Below, piece by piece: positions 20,100 through 29,292 of a stretch of 64,000 nucleotides of DNA (positions are counted from its first letter, which is position 1; each line of letters opens with the position of its first letter). The DNA is from Candidatus Andersenbacteria bacterium RIFCSPHIGHO2_02_FULL_46_16. GTDB taxonomy: Bacteria; Patescibacteriota; Andersenbacteria; UBA10190. The position numbers were made by a program, and so were the translations under genes. A model generated the notes under the pieces. The model saw nothing but the letters and a program-made list of their open reading frames with translations, was not told where the DNA came from and searched no databases. Location: positions 119,777-183,776 of the forward strand of contig MHHQ01000025.1 of assembly GCA_001817065.1 (NCBI GenBank), in the 5' to 3' direction.

Positions 20100-20258
20100 A
20101 TGTACTCCTTATATAGCATCTATCATACAAGATAGCTTAAAATGACTCTTATTTGGCCGTCTGTCAATAATTTTATTCACTTAACCAACACTCTAATTTT
20201 ACTTGAAACCTTTCCTTTCACTTCCGTCTACCACGTTGTCTCGTTAATTTTAAGGCAC

Positions 20259-20687
20259 CTATTCATCCTTGTCTGCACACTGCTTTATACCTCCGCATAT
20301 CTCGTATCTCCCCCGCTTCGTCACTCGCCAATCAATATTATATTCTTCGTCAAACCCTCCGGTAGGCAAAGGTGCATTCTCCAGATTGCCGCTCACGTAC
20401 CATCCCGTAGCCACATCTCCTTCTCTATTCGTAACGGTGTATTTGTACTTTCCCCCGTCCCATTCCAATGGATATTGCTCGTGCTCATTGTAATACATTT
20501 CGAGAGCTGTTTTTAACTGTCGTAGTGTCTCTCTTGTCTGTCCGTCTCTTCTTTCCCTTCTGGCGTATGCACCGCCGTAAACAGTGCCAATTATTAATAC
20601 CAACAAGGCCAGTATAATCACGATAAATTCCCGTTTGGCAATTTTACTATCTACTTCCTTGCTATTCTTATAATCTTCCGACATCAT
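20259..20687 (-). CDS. Membrane-anchored protein with a pseudopilin-like domain (hypothetical)
   Basis: One N-terminal TM helix. TLRQLKTALEMYYNEHEQYP resembles the GspG/type IV pilin core, but there is no canonical G-F-T-L-I-E prepilin motif. Confidence 0.35.
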   Translation of the reverse strand: MMSEDYKNSKEVDSKIAKREFIVIILALLVLIIGTVYGGAYARRERRDGQTRETLRQLKTALEMYYNEHEQYPLEWDGGKYKYTVTNREGDVATGWYVSGNLENAPLPTGGFDEEYNIDWRVTKRGRYEICGGIKQCADKDE

Positions 20688-20743
20688 GTAAAATCATTTT
20701 TCTCTTATTTTGCATTTTACTCTTTTCGTTCTACGTTTCTATT

Positions 20744-22204
20744 ATGACTAAATTTATTCAGGGCGGCCTTGTGCTCATCCTGTTACTCAGTCTATTTCTT
20801 CCCCGCGTTTTAAATTTGTCTGCCTTCCAAACTGCCGACGAAAAACGATGGGTATCTAACACCGTCGGCTTCATCACCAATCTAGCACATGGCGACCTGT
20901 CTCACTTAATGCAGCAGCCGCATCCCGGTATTACCACGCAGTGGCTTGGCTCTGCCACCGTCTTTTCCTCCTCGTGGGCTATTCGTAAACTGCCTCTGGT
21001 ACTGGCGCAATCTCTGCTCGTGCTGCTTATCGGTTATTCTCTTCTGCGGCTACTGGATCAGCGAACTGCCTATATATCTACTTTACTTCTCGCCCTTAAC
21101 CCGCTTCTCATCGCCCATACCCGCATCTATGCGATGGACTCCTTGCTTTCTCTTTTTTTATTGTTGTCCATCCTATTGCTATTCTTGTGGTCTAAAACTA
21201 ATAGCCGCCGTTACATTGCCTTCGCTGCTTTCACTGCCGCTGCCGCAGTTCTCTCTAAGCTATCCGGTCTTCTCATCGTCCCTTTTAGTATATTACTTAT
21301 TTTTTATCTTTCTTATACCAACCACCATCCTAACTCTGATCGCCCCGCTGCATTCCCCTGGCGTCCTCTGCTCATTTGGACACTTTTATTCTTAATCAGT
21401 CTCGTGCTCATTTTGCCATCCCTAGCCTTTAACCCCTCGCTAGTCATATCCGACATGGTTTCCTGGTTCAAATCCGACGATTACCAACTGCATCAAATCG
21501 GCCCCGTGTTTTACTTAGGCACGCTTGCCTTTCTTTCCACTCCTCTTCATTTATTCGCTGTCCTGCTCTTGCCAGTATTGCTCTACAAAAAGTACTTTAA
21601 CCATCCGTCCAAGAAGCTACTCATTGCTCTTCTTCTTTTCAGTCTGACATTCCTTGTTATGATGTCACTCGGAGCTAAAAAGGGCGACCGCTATATTCTG
21701 CCGGATTTTCTCGCGCTGGATATTATCACCGGCTTAATAGTCTCCTGGCTTTTCACACAAAATATACGCCGTATATCTGTAAAGGTAGCCTGTCTTTCCA
21801 TCTTGGCTCTACTAATTATGCAAACATATCACGTGGCCTCTTTACACCCACACGAGCTATCCTACATCAACCCAATAACCAGACCTTGGCTCGGAGAAAG
21901 GCGTCTTGGCTGGGGTGAAGGCTTGGATCTTGCCGCAGCTTTCCTCAATAATCTGCCCCAAGCCGATAGCCTTACCATCGCTTCTTATTACCCCAACGAA
22001 TTCCAGTCAAATTTTGTCGGCCATACCGTGCCTATCCATCAACACGATTCTCCCGGCGTCGATTATGTCATCATATATCGGGCTATGTTTGAACGAGGAC
22101 AATCAGCTTGGGAAACTGATGTGGTAAATATTTATCGTCCACAAACTCCTCAAAAAATAATTATAATCGCATCCGTTCCCATGGCTTGGATTTATCAAAA
22201 ATAA
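20744..22204 (+). CDS. Glycosyltransferase family 39 (PMT/ArnT-like) membrane protein
   Basis: ADEKRW...HPGITTQWLG and a GAKKGDRYILP motif shared with 18015..20099. Confidence 0.7.
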   Translation: MTKFIQGGLVLILLLSLFLPRVLNLSAFQTADEKRWVSNTVGFITNLAHGDLSHLMQQPHPGITTQWLGSATVFSSSWAIRKLPLVLAQSLLVLLIGYSLLRLLDQRTAYISTLLLALNPLLIAHTRIYAMDSLLSLFLLLSILLLFLWSKTNSRRYIAFAAFTAAAAVLSKLSGLLIVPFSILLIFYLSYTNHHPNSDRPAAFPWRPLLIWTLLFLISLVLILPSLAFNPSLVISDMVSWFKSDDYQLHQIGPVFYLGTLAFLSTPLHLFAVLLLPVLLYKKYFNHPSKKLLIALLLFSLTFLVMMSLGAKKGDRYILPDFLALDIITGLIVSWLFTQNIRRISVKVACLSILALLIMQTYHVASLHPHELSYINPITRPWLGERRLGWGEGLDLAAAFLNNLPQADSLTIASYYPNEFQSNFVGHTVPIHQHDSPGVDYVIIYRAMFERGQSAWETDVVNIYRPQTPQKIIIIASVPMAWIYQK

Positions 22205-22370
22205 CATCTCGCTAAATTCAGCCGGCCTTCTTCTTCTGTCTCTACTGACCTCTCCTTGCTACGTCCAGCCTCTTTTTCAGTCTAGCCTCTTTTATTAGCC
22301 AAATTACCAAATTGGTAATACAGTAATAAACAGCCGTATTTCCAGACTATATATATTAACTTTATACAAC

Positions 22371-22399
22371 TTGACAGTACAGCTTATAAAGAGGATAAT
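22371..22399 (+). promoter_or_regulatory. Sigma-70-like promoter candidate of the form TTGACA-N17-GATAAT
   Basis: ttgaca at 22371-22376 and gataat at 22394-22399, about 120 nt upstream of the GNAT gene. A strong SD sequence aaggagg lies at 22509-22515. Confidence 0.35.
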
Positions 22400-22522
22400 A
22401 TATCGTTCTTTAATTAACAGGTTGCCCTCTTCACCATCAATACACAAGGTATCTAGGCCACTTTAGGGACTAGTTTCCCCAGTCAGAATGTCCGCGCAAA
22501 CATCGTTTAAGGAGGATTCGTT

Positions 22523-23044
22523 ATGTTTACGGCTAAATCTGAGATATGTGTGCACATTCGCCCAATGATTCGACGCGATATGGTTGAAGTTCTGGAAACT
22601 GAAAATGAGAATTTTGAGTTTCCATGGTCTGAAGACGATTTTAACCGTTGCTTTCGCCAACGCAAGTGCTTCGGCATGGCGGCCGAGTTCAACGAACTCG
22701 TTGTTGGATTCATGATCTACAAGTATCATAAAAACCGTCTTCATCTTCTCAACTTTGCCGTTTCCACTGAATTCAGGCGAAGAGGTGTTGGACGACAAAT
22801 GGTTGAAGAGCTCATCTATAAGCTATTGGATCAACATCTCAGTCATATCATGTTAAAAGTCCGCGAAACGAACCTGGCAGCACAGGTCTTCTTCAGGACC
22901 TTGGGTTTTCGAGCTATAGCGGTATTGCGAGATTTCTATATTGAAACTACCGAGGACGCCTACCTGATGCAATTTCAATTCCCTCACGATTTCAAGGACG
23001 ACTCATTCATCCCCGTGAGTCGTATTTCCCGATTTGCGCGCTAA
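22523..23044 (+). CDS. GNAT N-acetyltransferase, RimI-like
   Basis: IRPMIRRDMVEVLETENENFEFPWSEDDF aligns with the RimI N-terminus. Acetyl-CoA motif RRRGVGRQMV. Confidence 0.7.
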   Translation: MFTAKSEICVHIRPMIRRDMVEVLETENENFEFPWSEDDFNRCFRQRKCFGMAAEFNELVVGFMIYKYHKNRLHLLNFAVSTEFRRRGVGRQMVEELIYKLLDQHLSHIMLKVRETNLAAQVFFRTLGFRAIAVLRDFYIETTEDAYLMQFQFPHDFKDDSFIPVSRISRFAR

Positions 23045-23105
23045 CTTCTTCTGTCAAGCCCAAGTTCAACTGCTTAAGTTCAACTGCACATTACTATTCC
23101 CCATT

Positions 23106-23138
23106 CCCGGCACAACACACTTTGCCGGGTTTTCTATT
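23106..23138 (+). terminator. Rho-independent terminator candidate
   Basis: cccggca-(11 nt loop)-tgccggg followed by ttttctatt. Confidence 0.4.
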
Positions 23139-23164
23139 ACTAAAGAACCTTCCTGCCTATGGAA

Positions 23165-23330
23165 GTCACATTATGAAATGCCACAAATATAGTGACGGGC
23201 CCTGTCGGCGCTGCACCCCCACCCGACGGCTTCGGCCTGCCAGGCGGGCAGCCTGCAGGCGCTCGGTGGGGGTCCCCCGCGCCGCCACCCGTTTATTTAA
23301 GAGTGGCATTTCATAATGTGACATCTATAT
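23165..23330. repeat. Repeat family A copy 2, divergent and shorter, in the same orientation as copy 4
   Basis: gtcacattatgaaatgccac...ggcgctcggtgggggtcccccgcgccgccacccg...gtggcatttcataatgtgac. Confidence 0.65.
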
Positions 23331-23528
23331 ATCACAAGTAGTGTATTAATTTTCGCATCGGCTACCGTCTAAGCATTAAAGATTGACAACGAATATGATA
23401 AGTTATTTAATGCATAAGCAAAACTCTCGCTTGTTCTTCTCATCGCTAATAAATACACGCCAACCTTTGGTCACCAAAGCAAGCTTACCAATTCGTGTTT
23501 TTGTCGTAGCTATCAGGAGGATTATGCC

Positions 23529-24110
23529 ATGCTATCTGACATTCGTGTGATTGTGCGAGAGCCAATTACTAGGCAAGATATGAGGGAAATCGTTGCTGTC
23601 GAACAAGCCTCCCATATACTTGCCCGTTCAAAAACTGAAATATTCAAGAAGGATAATTATATTCTGTTGGCTGACTATCGAGGCCACGTGGCAGGGTATA
23701 TGATATTTCGCCTTTATGGTAATCGCGCCTTTCTCGACGACATTGTAGTGCTCCACGATAAACGAGGAAAAGGAGTCGGTACGCAAATGATACAAAGACT
23801 CATTTCCCTAATCACTTCCGTGCGTGATGGATACACAGAAGATAAGAGCGACTCTAGAGCAATCAGCAATATCAGATACCGGATGGCTAGTCAACTCTGT
23901 AGCGGCATCGACTTATATTTGCGAGAAACAAACATGCTTGCGATATACTTCTTTAGCGGCTTGGGTTTCGAAGCCAGGAACGTATTGCGTAATTTCTATG
24001 ATAAGCCCAGAGACACAGGAGAGGATGCTTACACTATGCATCTGTGTCTTAGACCTCACCCAATCCAGCCATCTATTCTGACCAATCGCATAAGTCAATA
24101 TTTTCGCTAG
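23529..24110 (+). CDS. GNAT N-acetyltransferase, a RimI-like paralog with an internal insertion
   Basis: VREPITRQDMREIVAVEQASH...HDKRGKGVGTQMIQ. It has its own SD (caggagga). Confidence 0.65.
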   Translation: MLSDIRVIVREPITRQDMREIVAVEQASHILARSKTEIFKKDNYILLADYRGHVAGYMIFRLYGNRAFLDDIVVLHDKRGKGVGTQMIQRLISLITSVRDGYTEDKSDSRAISNIRYRMASQLCSGIDLYLRETNMLAIYFFSGLGFEARNVLRNFYDKPRDTGEDAYTMHLCLRPHPIQPSILTNRISQYFR

Positions 24111-24123
24111 TTCTTTCTTCCGC

Positions 24124-24165
24124 CCCTGTACTCGCTAAGTGTACCGGGGTTATTTTTTATTTTTC
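24124..24165 (+). terminator. Rho-independent terminator
   Basis: cccctgtac/gtaccgggg stem (8 of 9 bp) followed by ttattttttatttttc. Confidence 0.55.
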
Positions 24166-24166
24166 A

Positions 24167-24227
24167 CCAAAATTAGTGATCCCGCCCTTGGCACGACGCA
24201 CATTTTGAGTGAAAAATAATCCGCCGG
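24167..24227. repeat. Direct-repeat motif C copy 1, about 60 nt
   Basis: ccaaaattagtgatcccgcccttggcacgacgcacattttgagtgaaaaataatccgccg is about 85% identical to 24844..24904. Confidence 0.55.
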
Positions 24228-24843
24228 AGTCCGCCATATTGGCAAACGAAGATGGATACCATGAATGTCACGTGCTATATCTTAAAACTTCCCGCCTAAT
24301 TCTTAATAAACTCATCAACTAAACAAATAAGAGCGCCTTCGGCGCACCATGAATTCTGAGCGAAATAATAACCCCGCACTAACATTACCTTCTCAGTCAA
24401 ACATTACTCAAAGGAACCATCAAATTAAGTAACCGCTAGCGCTATGCGCGGGCTTCATGAGCCACTCCTTTACCTCGTCCGATCTTGTACTATTATATCA
24501 AACTGCATTCGGCAAAATCTAAGTCCCTTTCTATATCCGCACAGTGCGTCAACGTTCCTTACAATGTTTATTACTTTTGTCGACAGAACACTAAAGCGAA
24601 TGCATTAAATATCAGTTCACCCCACGTATTTTAATTAAATCAGTCCATTTATCTCTTTTTATGGGCTTAGCATAAGCCCTAAACAAAGTTATCCACCAAA
24701 TTCTGTCAAAATCATTTGACATAATCATTGGCGCTGCTACTATTAAATTATCAATTCGTTCTTTATTTCTCTCTTAGAGCCTTACCCTTCACTTTTCCTC
24801 TTTTTACTCTCTTCCTCCTAGGCTCTTTTCTTTTTGTTTTTCT

Positions 24844-24904
24844 CCAAAATAAGTGATCCCGCCCTTGGCGGGACACGCATTTTGACAGAAAAACAATCCG
24901 CCGT
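24844..24904. repeat. Direct-repeat motif C copy 2
   Basis: ccaaaataagtgatcccgcccttggcgggacacgcattttgacagaaaaacaatccgccg. It contains the hairpin cccgcc-ctt-ggcggg. Confidence 0.55.
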
Positions 24905-25112
24905 AACCCTGAGCGAATTCGAAGAGCGAAGCTGAGGGTCCATTTCTTATCGCAATACTAGGTCAGCCTCACAAACCCATGTGTTTGGTGGAAGGAATGA
25001 TGGTTTATTCAAGCTTGCTCCTTCTTTCCATAATCAACTATAACGTGTGTAACGTCATCATTTTAAGCCTTGTTGTTTTTACGTTTTTCGCTTTACGTTT
25101 TATCTTTTGCAT

Positions 25113-26630
25113 TTATTTCGGATTTAAGAATTTATCACCACCCTCAGGCAGAGTCCCGCCCGAGGCGGAAGGATTTCGGATTTCACTATTCCCATTCACA
25201 CAAAAGAATTTCAAACCACGACATCCCTGCGGAACTTCCAGGTCGTTGCATGTACCTTCTTGTATCATCCGATAACTAACTAAATAATCAGCCTGGCTAG
25301 GGTCTTCTTCGCTCGCCACATCAAACCCTCTATTACCCCGGCTTAAATAGATCAATCTATTCCTGATATGAATGTCATCGGCATAAACCGTACCAGCTCC
25401 AGTCACACAATTCTCTAGCTCCTTTGTCTGCACTAAATCAGTTGCCTTGTTTGTTCGATTGCCTATAGAAAAATCATTATTGCTTCCACCTGTTTCCCGA
25501 TACACCCAGCCAACCTGCCAGACCATCCACCCTGTTAATAAACCAGCGATCACTACGGCCATTCGGTACGACCATTGTCTGTCTTCAAGCCATGACCTGA
25601 CTATTGACCACCATCCCCAACCAGCCATCGCCCATAGTGATAATACTAGAGGCACAAAATAACGCAGTGTAAATCGGTCAATCATAAACATTAATACTAT
25701 CAGCTGTCCTCCCATACCCAGAACCCAAGCCCAAGTTAATGGTTTTCGCCAATTCATCAACCACGCTATGCCAGCCAAGATCATCACTATGCCTGTTATT
25801 AATAACGTATCGCGACGTTTCAATTCAGCGCCGGTATAAGCCGCTATATAAGACGAACCAGACACTACCATTGGCATTAGTTGGGGTAAGGCTTTCCATC
25901 TCTCTTCCGCCGCGCTCGCCACCATTGTCAGATCGCCCTGGTCTTCCTTCATATTCATTAGCACTAACGCTTGACTGCCAAATCCAAACGTACCACCAAC
26001 TAGTACCATTATTGCTCCTAACACAAATTCCTTCGCTTTAATTTTCCTCTCTTTAATACGTGCCACCCCCATTACCACTACCCCCACCGCGATACCAGCT
26101 GCCGCTCCGGTAAATAGAATATGGTTACTTAACCCTAACCCACCGACTATTCCGACCCACCACCATTTAAATCGGCCTCTAGTAGCGACTATCGCGATAA
26201 TCAACAACGTAAAAAAGGGGATCAAGGTTATCGCCCAACCTAATCGTTGATATAAAATGTATGCTGGTGAGAACAAACCGGCCGCCACCGCTATCATCCC
26301 GCCGTGATCATCGCCGGCTTTTCCCGCTAAGCCGACCGCCAGCCAAAACAGTATTACTGAAAAGATAAACATCACCACCCTCAACGCCAGCGCATCATAA
26401 CCAAATATCAGCACAAACGGGATCCTCAAGTAATCAATTAACGGCCCGATATATGACCGCTCTCCAATTAGCACCAATCTTCCCGCCTGCTGTATCTGAT
26501 ACGAATTTTCTCCTTCTGACCCTTCGTCTCCCATTAATCCCGGCACCGATCCCAAGTAAGCTAAATTAACCGCTACAAATAGTATAAACAAAACCCACAC
26601 CCACTTTGATTGTCTGTGGAAGAAACTCAT
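25113..26630 (-). CDS. GT-C membrane glycosyltransferase (ArnT/GT39/GT83-like)
   Basis: About 13 TM segments. A GDEG motif lies in the first extracytoplasmic loop. The protein carries a C-terminal soluble domain. Confidence 0.55.
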   Translation of the reverse strand: MSFFHRQSKWVWVLFILFVAVNLAYLGSVPGLMGDEGSEGENSYQIQQAGRLVLIGERSYIGPLIDYLRIPFVLIFGYDALALRVVMFIFSVILFWLAVGLAGKAGDDHGGMIAVAAGLFSPAYILYQRLGWAITLIPFFTLLIIAIVATRGRFKWWWVGIVGGLGLSNHILFTGAAAGIAVGVVVMGVARIKERKIKAKEFVLGAIMVLVGGTFGFGSQALVLMNMKEDQGDLTMVASAAEERWKALPQLMPMVVSGSSYIAAYTGAELKRRDTLLITGIVMILAGIAWLMNWRKPLTWAWVLGMGGQLIVLMFMIDRFTLRYFVPLVLSLWAMAGWGWWSIVRSWLEDRQWSYRMAVVIAGLLTGWMVWQVGWVYRETGGSNNDFSIGNRTNKATDLVQTKELENCVTGAGTVYADDIHIRNRLIYLSRGNRGFDVASEEDPSQADYLVSYRMIQEGTCNDLEVPQGCRGLKFFCVNGNSEIRNPSASGGTLPEGGDKFLNPK

Positions 26631-26647
26631 TTTAACTCTATCTTATT

Positions 26648-28507
26648 TTACCTCACTAATTGTTTTTGCCACATCTTCAGGGCAATCAGCGTCCATAGTT
26701 TCTTGCGATTATCTGCCCGGCCACTTCGATGCTCCGCTAATAACTTCATAACTGCCTCTGTTTTAATAATTTCTTGTTCGCCTGGCTCACTTTTGATTAA
26801 TAGATCGCTAGCCCATCCGTATAATTCCCCTCTTAACCAATGTCCCAGCGGCATAGCAAACCCTTGCTTGCGCCGGTCAATTATACTATCTGGTATCCTG
26901 CCCCGCATTACTCGTTTCAACAGCCGCTTACCCTGCTTATGTTCCATCGGCAAACGCATGATAAATTCTGCCAAATCGACATCCAGAAAAGGTGTCCTAG
27001 CCTCCAAACCAAACGTCATCGCTGCCCGATCCAGTTTAACTAGAATATCATTTTGCATGTAGTCTGCGATTATTTGTCCAGACATACCATCAAACCAGTT
27101 TAGGTCGCTAAATATATGAGCACGTTCACTAACCTGACTCCACGCTTCTTCACTCAATACCACATACTCATCAGTCAGTAAACTCCGAAGTTCGCTGCTA
27201 TTAAATGATCCTAACCAGGCTTGTTGCCGCGCTGCCCTCTCTAAACCAATCCCACGTAAGAATGATTTTATTTTGAAATCAATCGTAAAATATTCATAGC
27301 TAGTAGGTAATTGCCGGCTCAGTATTGAAGCAAAGTTTCCCAGGACTTTTGGCAACTTTGGCAGTCTCTCCGCCCACACCGCCGCTTCAAACACGCCATA
27401 ACCGCCTAGCAGTTCATCGCTCCCATCTCCGTCTAAAACAACTTTTACTTGTTGGCTGGCCAATTCGCTCACCGCCCAGGTCGGCAGCAACGATGAATCG
27501 CCCAGCGGAATATCCATATCGCTTAAGTGCGCAAGGTAGCGCTTGAATTCCTTAATTCCAAATTCCCGATGGTTATGTTTAGTACCTAAAACACTGGCCG
27601 CCTGCTGAGCATAGCCAGCCTCGTTAAACGTATTCTCTATAAAACCAATGGAAAAAGAATGCAGTTCTGTCCCCTGAATCATTCTCATATACCAACCTAC
27701 CGCCGTCGAATCAATGCCTCCGCTCAGCAGTAATCCTACCGGCACATCCGCCACCAATCGCCGTTTCACCGCCTGCATCATCAAGTGGTCAAACTCCTCT
27801 GCCGCCTCATCCTCAGTCATTGACTTTTTCGGTAGAAAACTTAACCTCCACCATTGCTTGATTCGCATCCCCTGAGCATTAACTTCACCCCAACAGCCCA
27901 TCGGTAATTGTTTTATATCTTGCCAACCCGTCGCCGGCTCCGGCACATACTCATATATCAAATAACGTACTAGTGCTCTCTTATCCGCCGCCCTCTTAAC
28001 CAACGGATGTTCTATTAACGCTTTAATCTCCGAAGCGAACAAAAACACTCGTTTATTTTGCCAATAATAAAGTGGTTTTTTGCCAAAGGGGTCTCGCGCC
28101 AGCAATAACTGTTGCATGGTATTATCCCATAAAGCCAAGGCAAACATGCCTTTCACTTCCTGCAAAATTTCTGTGCCTCGCCTTGTCAATAAACTCAGCA
28201 ACACTTCTGTATCCGACGCAGATCTAAAAACCTGCCCACGGCAATATTTTTCGCGTAATTCGCGATAATTATATATTTCCCCGTTAAATACTATTTGATA
28301 TCGTCCGTCCTCTGACACCATGGGTTGCGCTCCTGCGGCCGTTAAGTCAATGATTGCCAGCCGCTGATGTCCCAGGCCAGCCGCTCCTTTCACCCATATT
28401 TTGTTGTCGTCGGGACCACGGTGCCTAATTTTACTGCTCATTTGCCTCAAGACATCAGCGTCCACCGGCTGTCCGTACCAATTAATAATTCCGACAATTC
28501 CGCACAT
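26648..28507 (-). CDS. asnB: Asparagine synthase (glutamine-hydrolysing)
   Basis: MCGIVGI Ntn-amidotransferase start, a conserved C-terminal synthetase domain and an SGGIDS PP-loop. Confidence 0.85.
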   Translation of the reverse strand: MCGIVGIINWYGQPVDADVLRQMSSKIRHRGPDDNKIWVKGAAGLGHQRLAIIDLTAAGAQPMVSEDGRYQIVFNGEIYNYRELREKYCRGQVFRSASDTEVLLSLLTRRGTEILQEVKGMFALALWDNTMQQLLLARDPFGKKPLYYWQNKRVFLFASEIKALIEHPLVKRAADKRALVRYLIYEYVPEPATGWQDIKQLPMGCWGEVNAQGMRIKQWWRLSFLPKKSMTEDEAAEEFDHLMMQAVKRRLVADVPVGLLLSGGIDSTAVGWYMRMIQGTELHSFSIGFIENTFNEAGYAQQAASVLGTKHNHREFGIKEFKRYLAHLSDMDIPLGDSSLLPTWAVSELASQQVKVVLDGDGSDELLGGYGVFEAAVWAERLPKLPKVLGNFASILSRQLPTSYEYFTIDFKIKSFLRGIGLERAARQQAWLGSFNSSELRSLLTDEYVVLSEEAWSQVSERAHIFSDLNWFDGMSGQIIADYMQNDILVKLDRAAMTFGLEARTPFLDVDLAEFIMRLPMEHKQGKRLLKRVMRGRIPDSIIDRRKQGFAMPLGHWLRGELYGWASDLLIKSEPGEQEIIKTEAVMKLLAEHRSGRADNRKKLWTLIALKMWQKQLVR

Positions 28508-28522
28508 GTCAGTGTCTAAAGC

Positions 28523-29266
28523 CTAGATCGACAGTTTATTCAACAATCTGTTCGGTATACAAACAATCACCAGCATAATCCACCGCCAAAACCACGGCGT
28601 ATAGATCACTGTTTTTCTTTTATCAACCGCCCGAATGATGTCTCCTGCTACTTTTTCCGGTGTTGCCCACATCATGCCCTTCTGCTCAATCGCCGCTGTC
28701 ATTGGTGTTATTACATAGCCCGGTTTGACCGTTACTACTACTACGCCCTGGCCTGCCAAACGATGTCGCATACCTGCTGCCCATATGGCTAGTGCTCCCT
28801 TAGCTGCACCATAAGCATAGATAGTTTTACGCCCCCGGTCTCCTGCCACTGAGCTTATCGCGACAATCACGCCCTGCTTCCTTTCCGCCATGCCTTTGGC
28901 TACCAATTCCATAATCACAGCTGCTCCGGTAAAATTTGTCGTAATTATTTTTTCCGCCTCATCAGTACTGCTCTCCGCTAATTTTTGTTCCCCTAAATAA
29001 CCCTGTGCTACCAATAAAATATCTACGTGTCCCATTTTGTTCTGCACTTTCTCCTGCATGATCCCAATAGCCTCTATGTCAGTTAGATCAATCCCTAAAC
29101 TCCATACCGCTTTTGCTCCTTTAACCCTTAAGTCATTAGCTACCGCCTGTGCTTTTTTCTCTTCTTTATCAACAACAAAAATACTATAGCCGCGATTAGC
29201 CCAAATAATCGCTGCTTGTTGCGCGATCGCCGATCCGCCTCCGGTAATTAATACATTCTTACGCAT
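28523..29266 (-). CDS. DprE2-like short-chain dehydrogenase (decaprenylphospho-2-keto-ribose reductase family)
   Basis: SDR Rossmann motif ITGGGSAIAQ and catalytic YAYGAAK. The C-terminus IPNRLLNKLSI parallels the Mtb DprE2 ending IPRSIFRKLPI. The gene sits beside the DprE1-like gene. Confidence 0.65.
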   Translation of the reverse strand: MRKNVLITGGGSAIAQQAAIIWANRGYSIFVVDKEEKKAQAVANDLRVKGAKAVWSLGIDLTDIEAIGIMQEKVQNKMGHVDILLVAQGYLGEQKLAESSTDEAEKIITTNFTGAAVIMELVAKGMAERKQGVIVAISSVAGDRGRKTIYAYGAAKGALAIWAAGMRHRLAGQGVVVVTVKPGYVITPMTAAIEQKGMMWATPEKVAGDIIRAVDKRKTVIYTPWFWRWIMLVIVCIPNRLLNKLSI

Positions 29267-29292
29267 ATGCCACTCTGACTTATTTTATATTT

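Noticed and set aside
20259-20687. Calling the 142-aa protein a type IV pilin or T2SS pseudopilin
   Set aside because: The core resembles GspG, but the N-terminus lacks the class III prepilin G/FTLIE signal. It is kept as a hypothetical membrane protein.
24979-25279. Small plus-strand ORFs (98 and 69 aa) at the edge of the 1-kb non-coding region
   Set aside because: They overlap the 3' end of the minus-strand GT-C gene, they are hydrophobic and low-complexity, and they have no RBS. They are probably frame artefacts.
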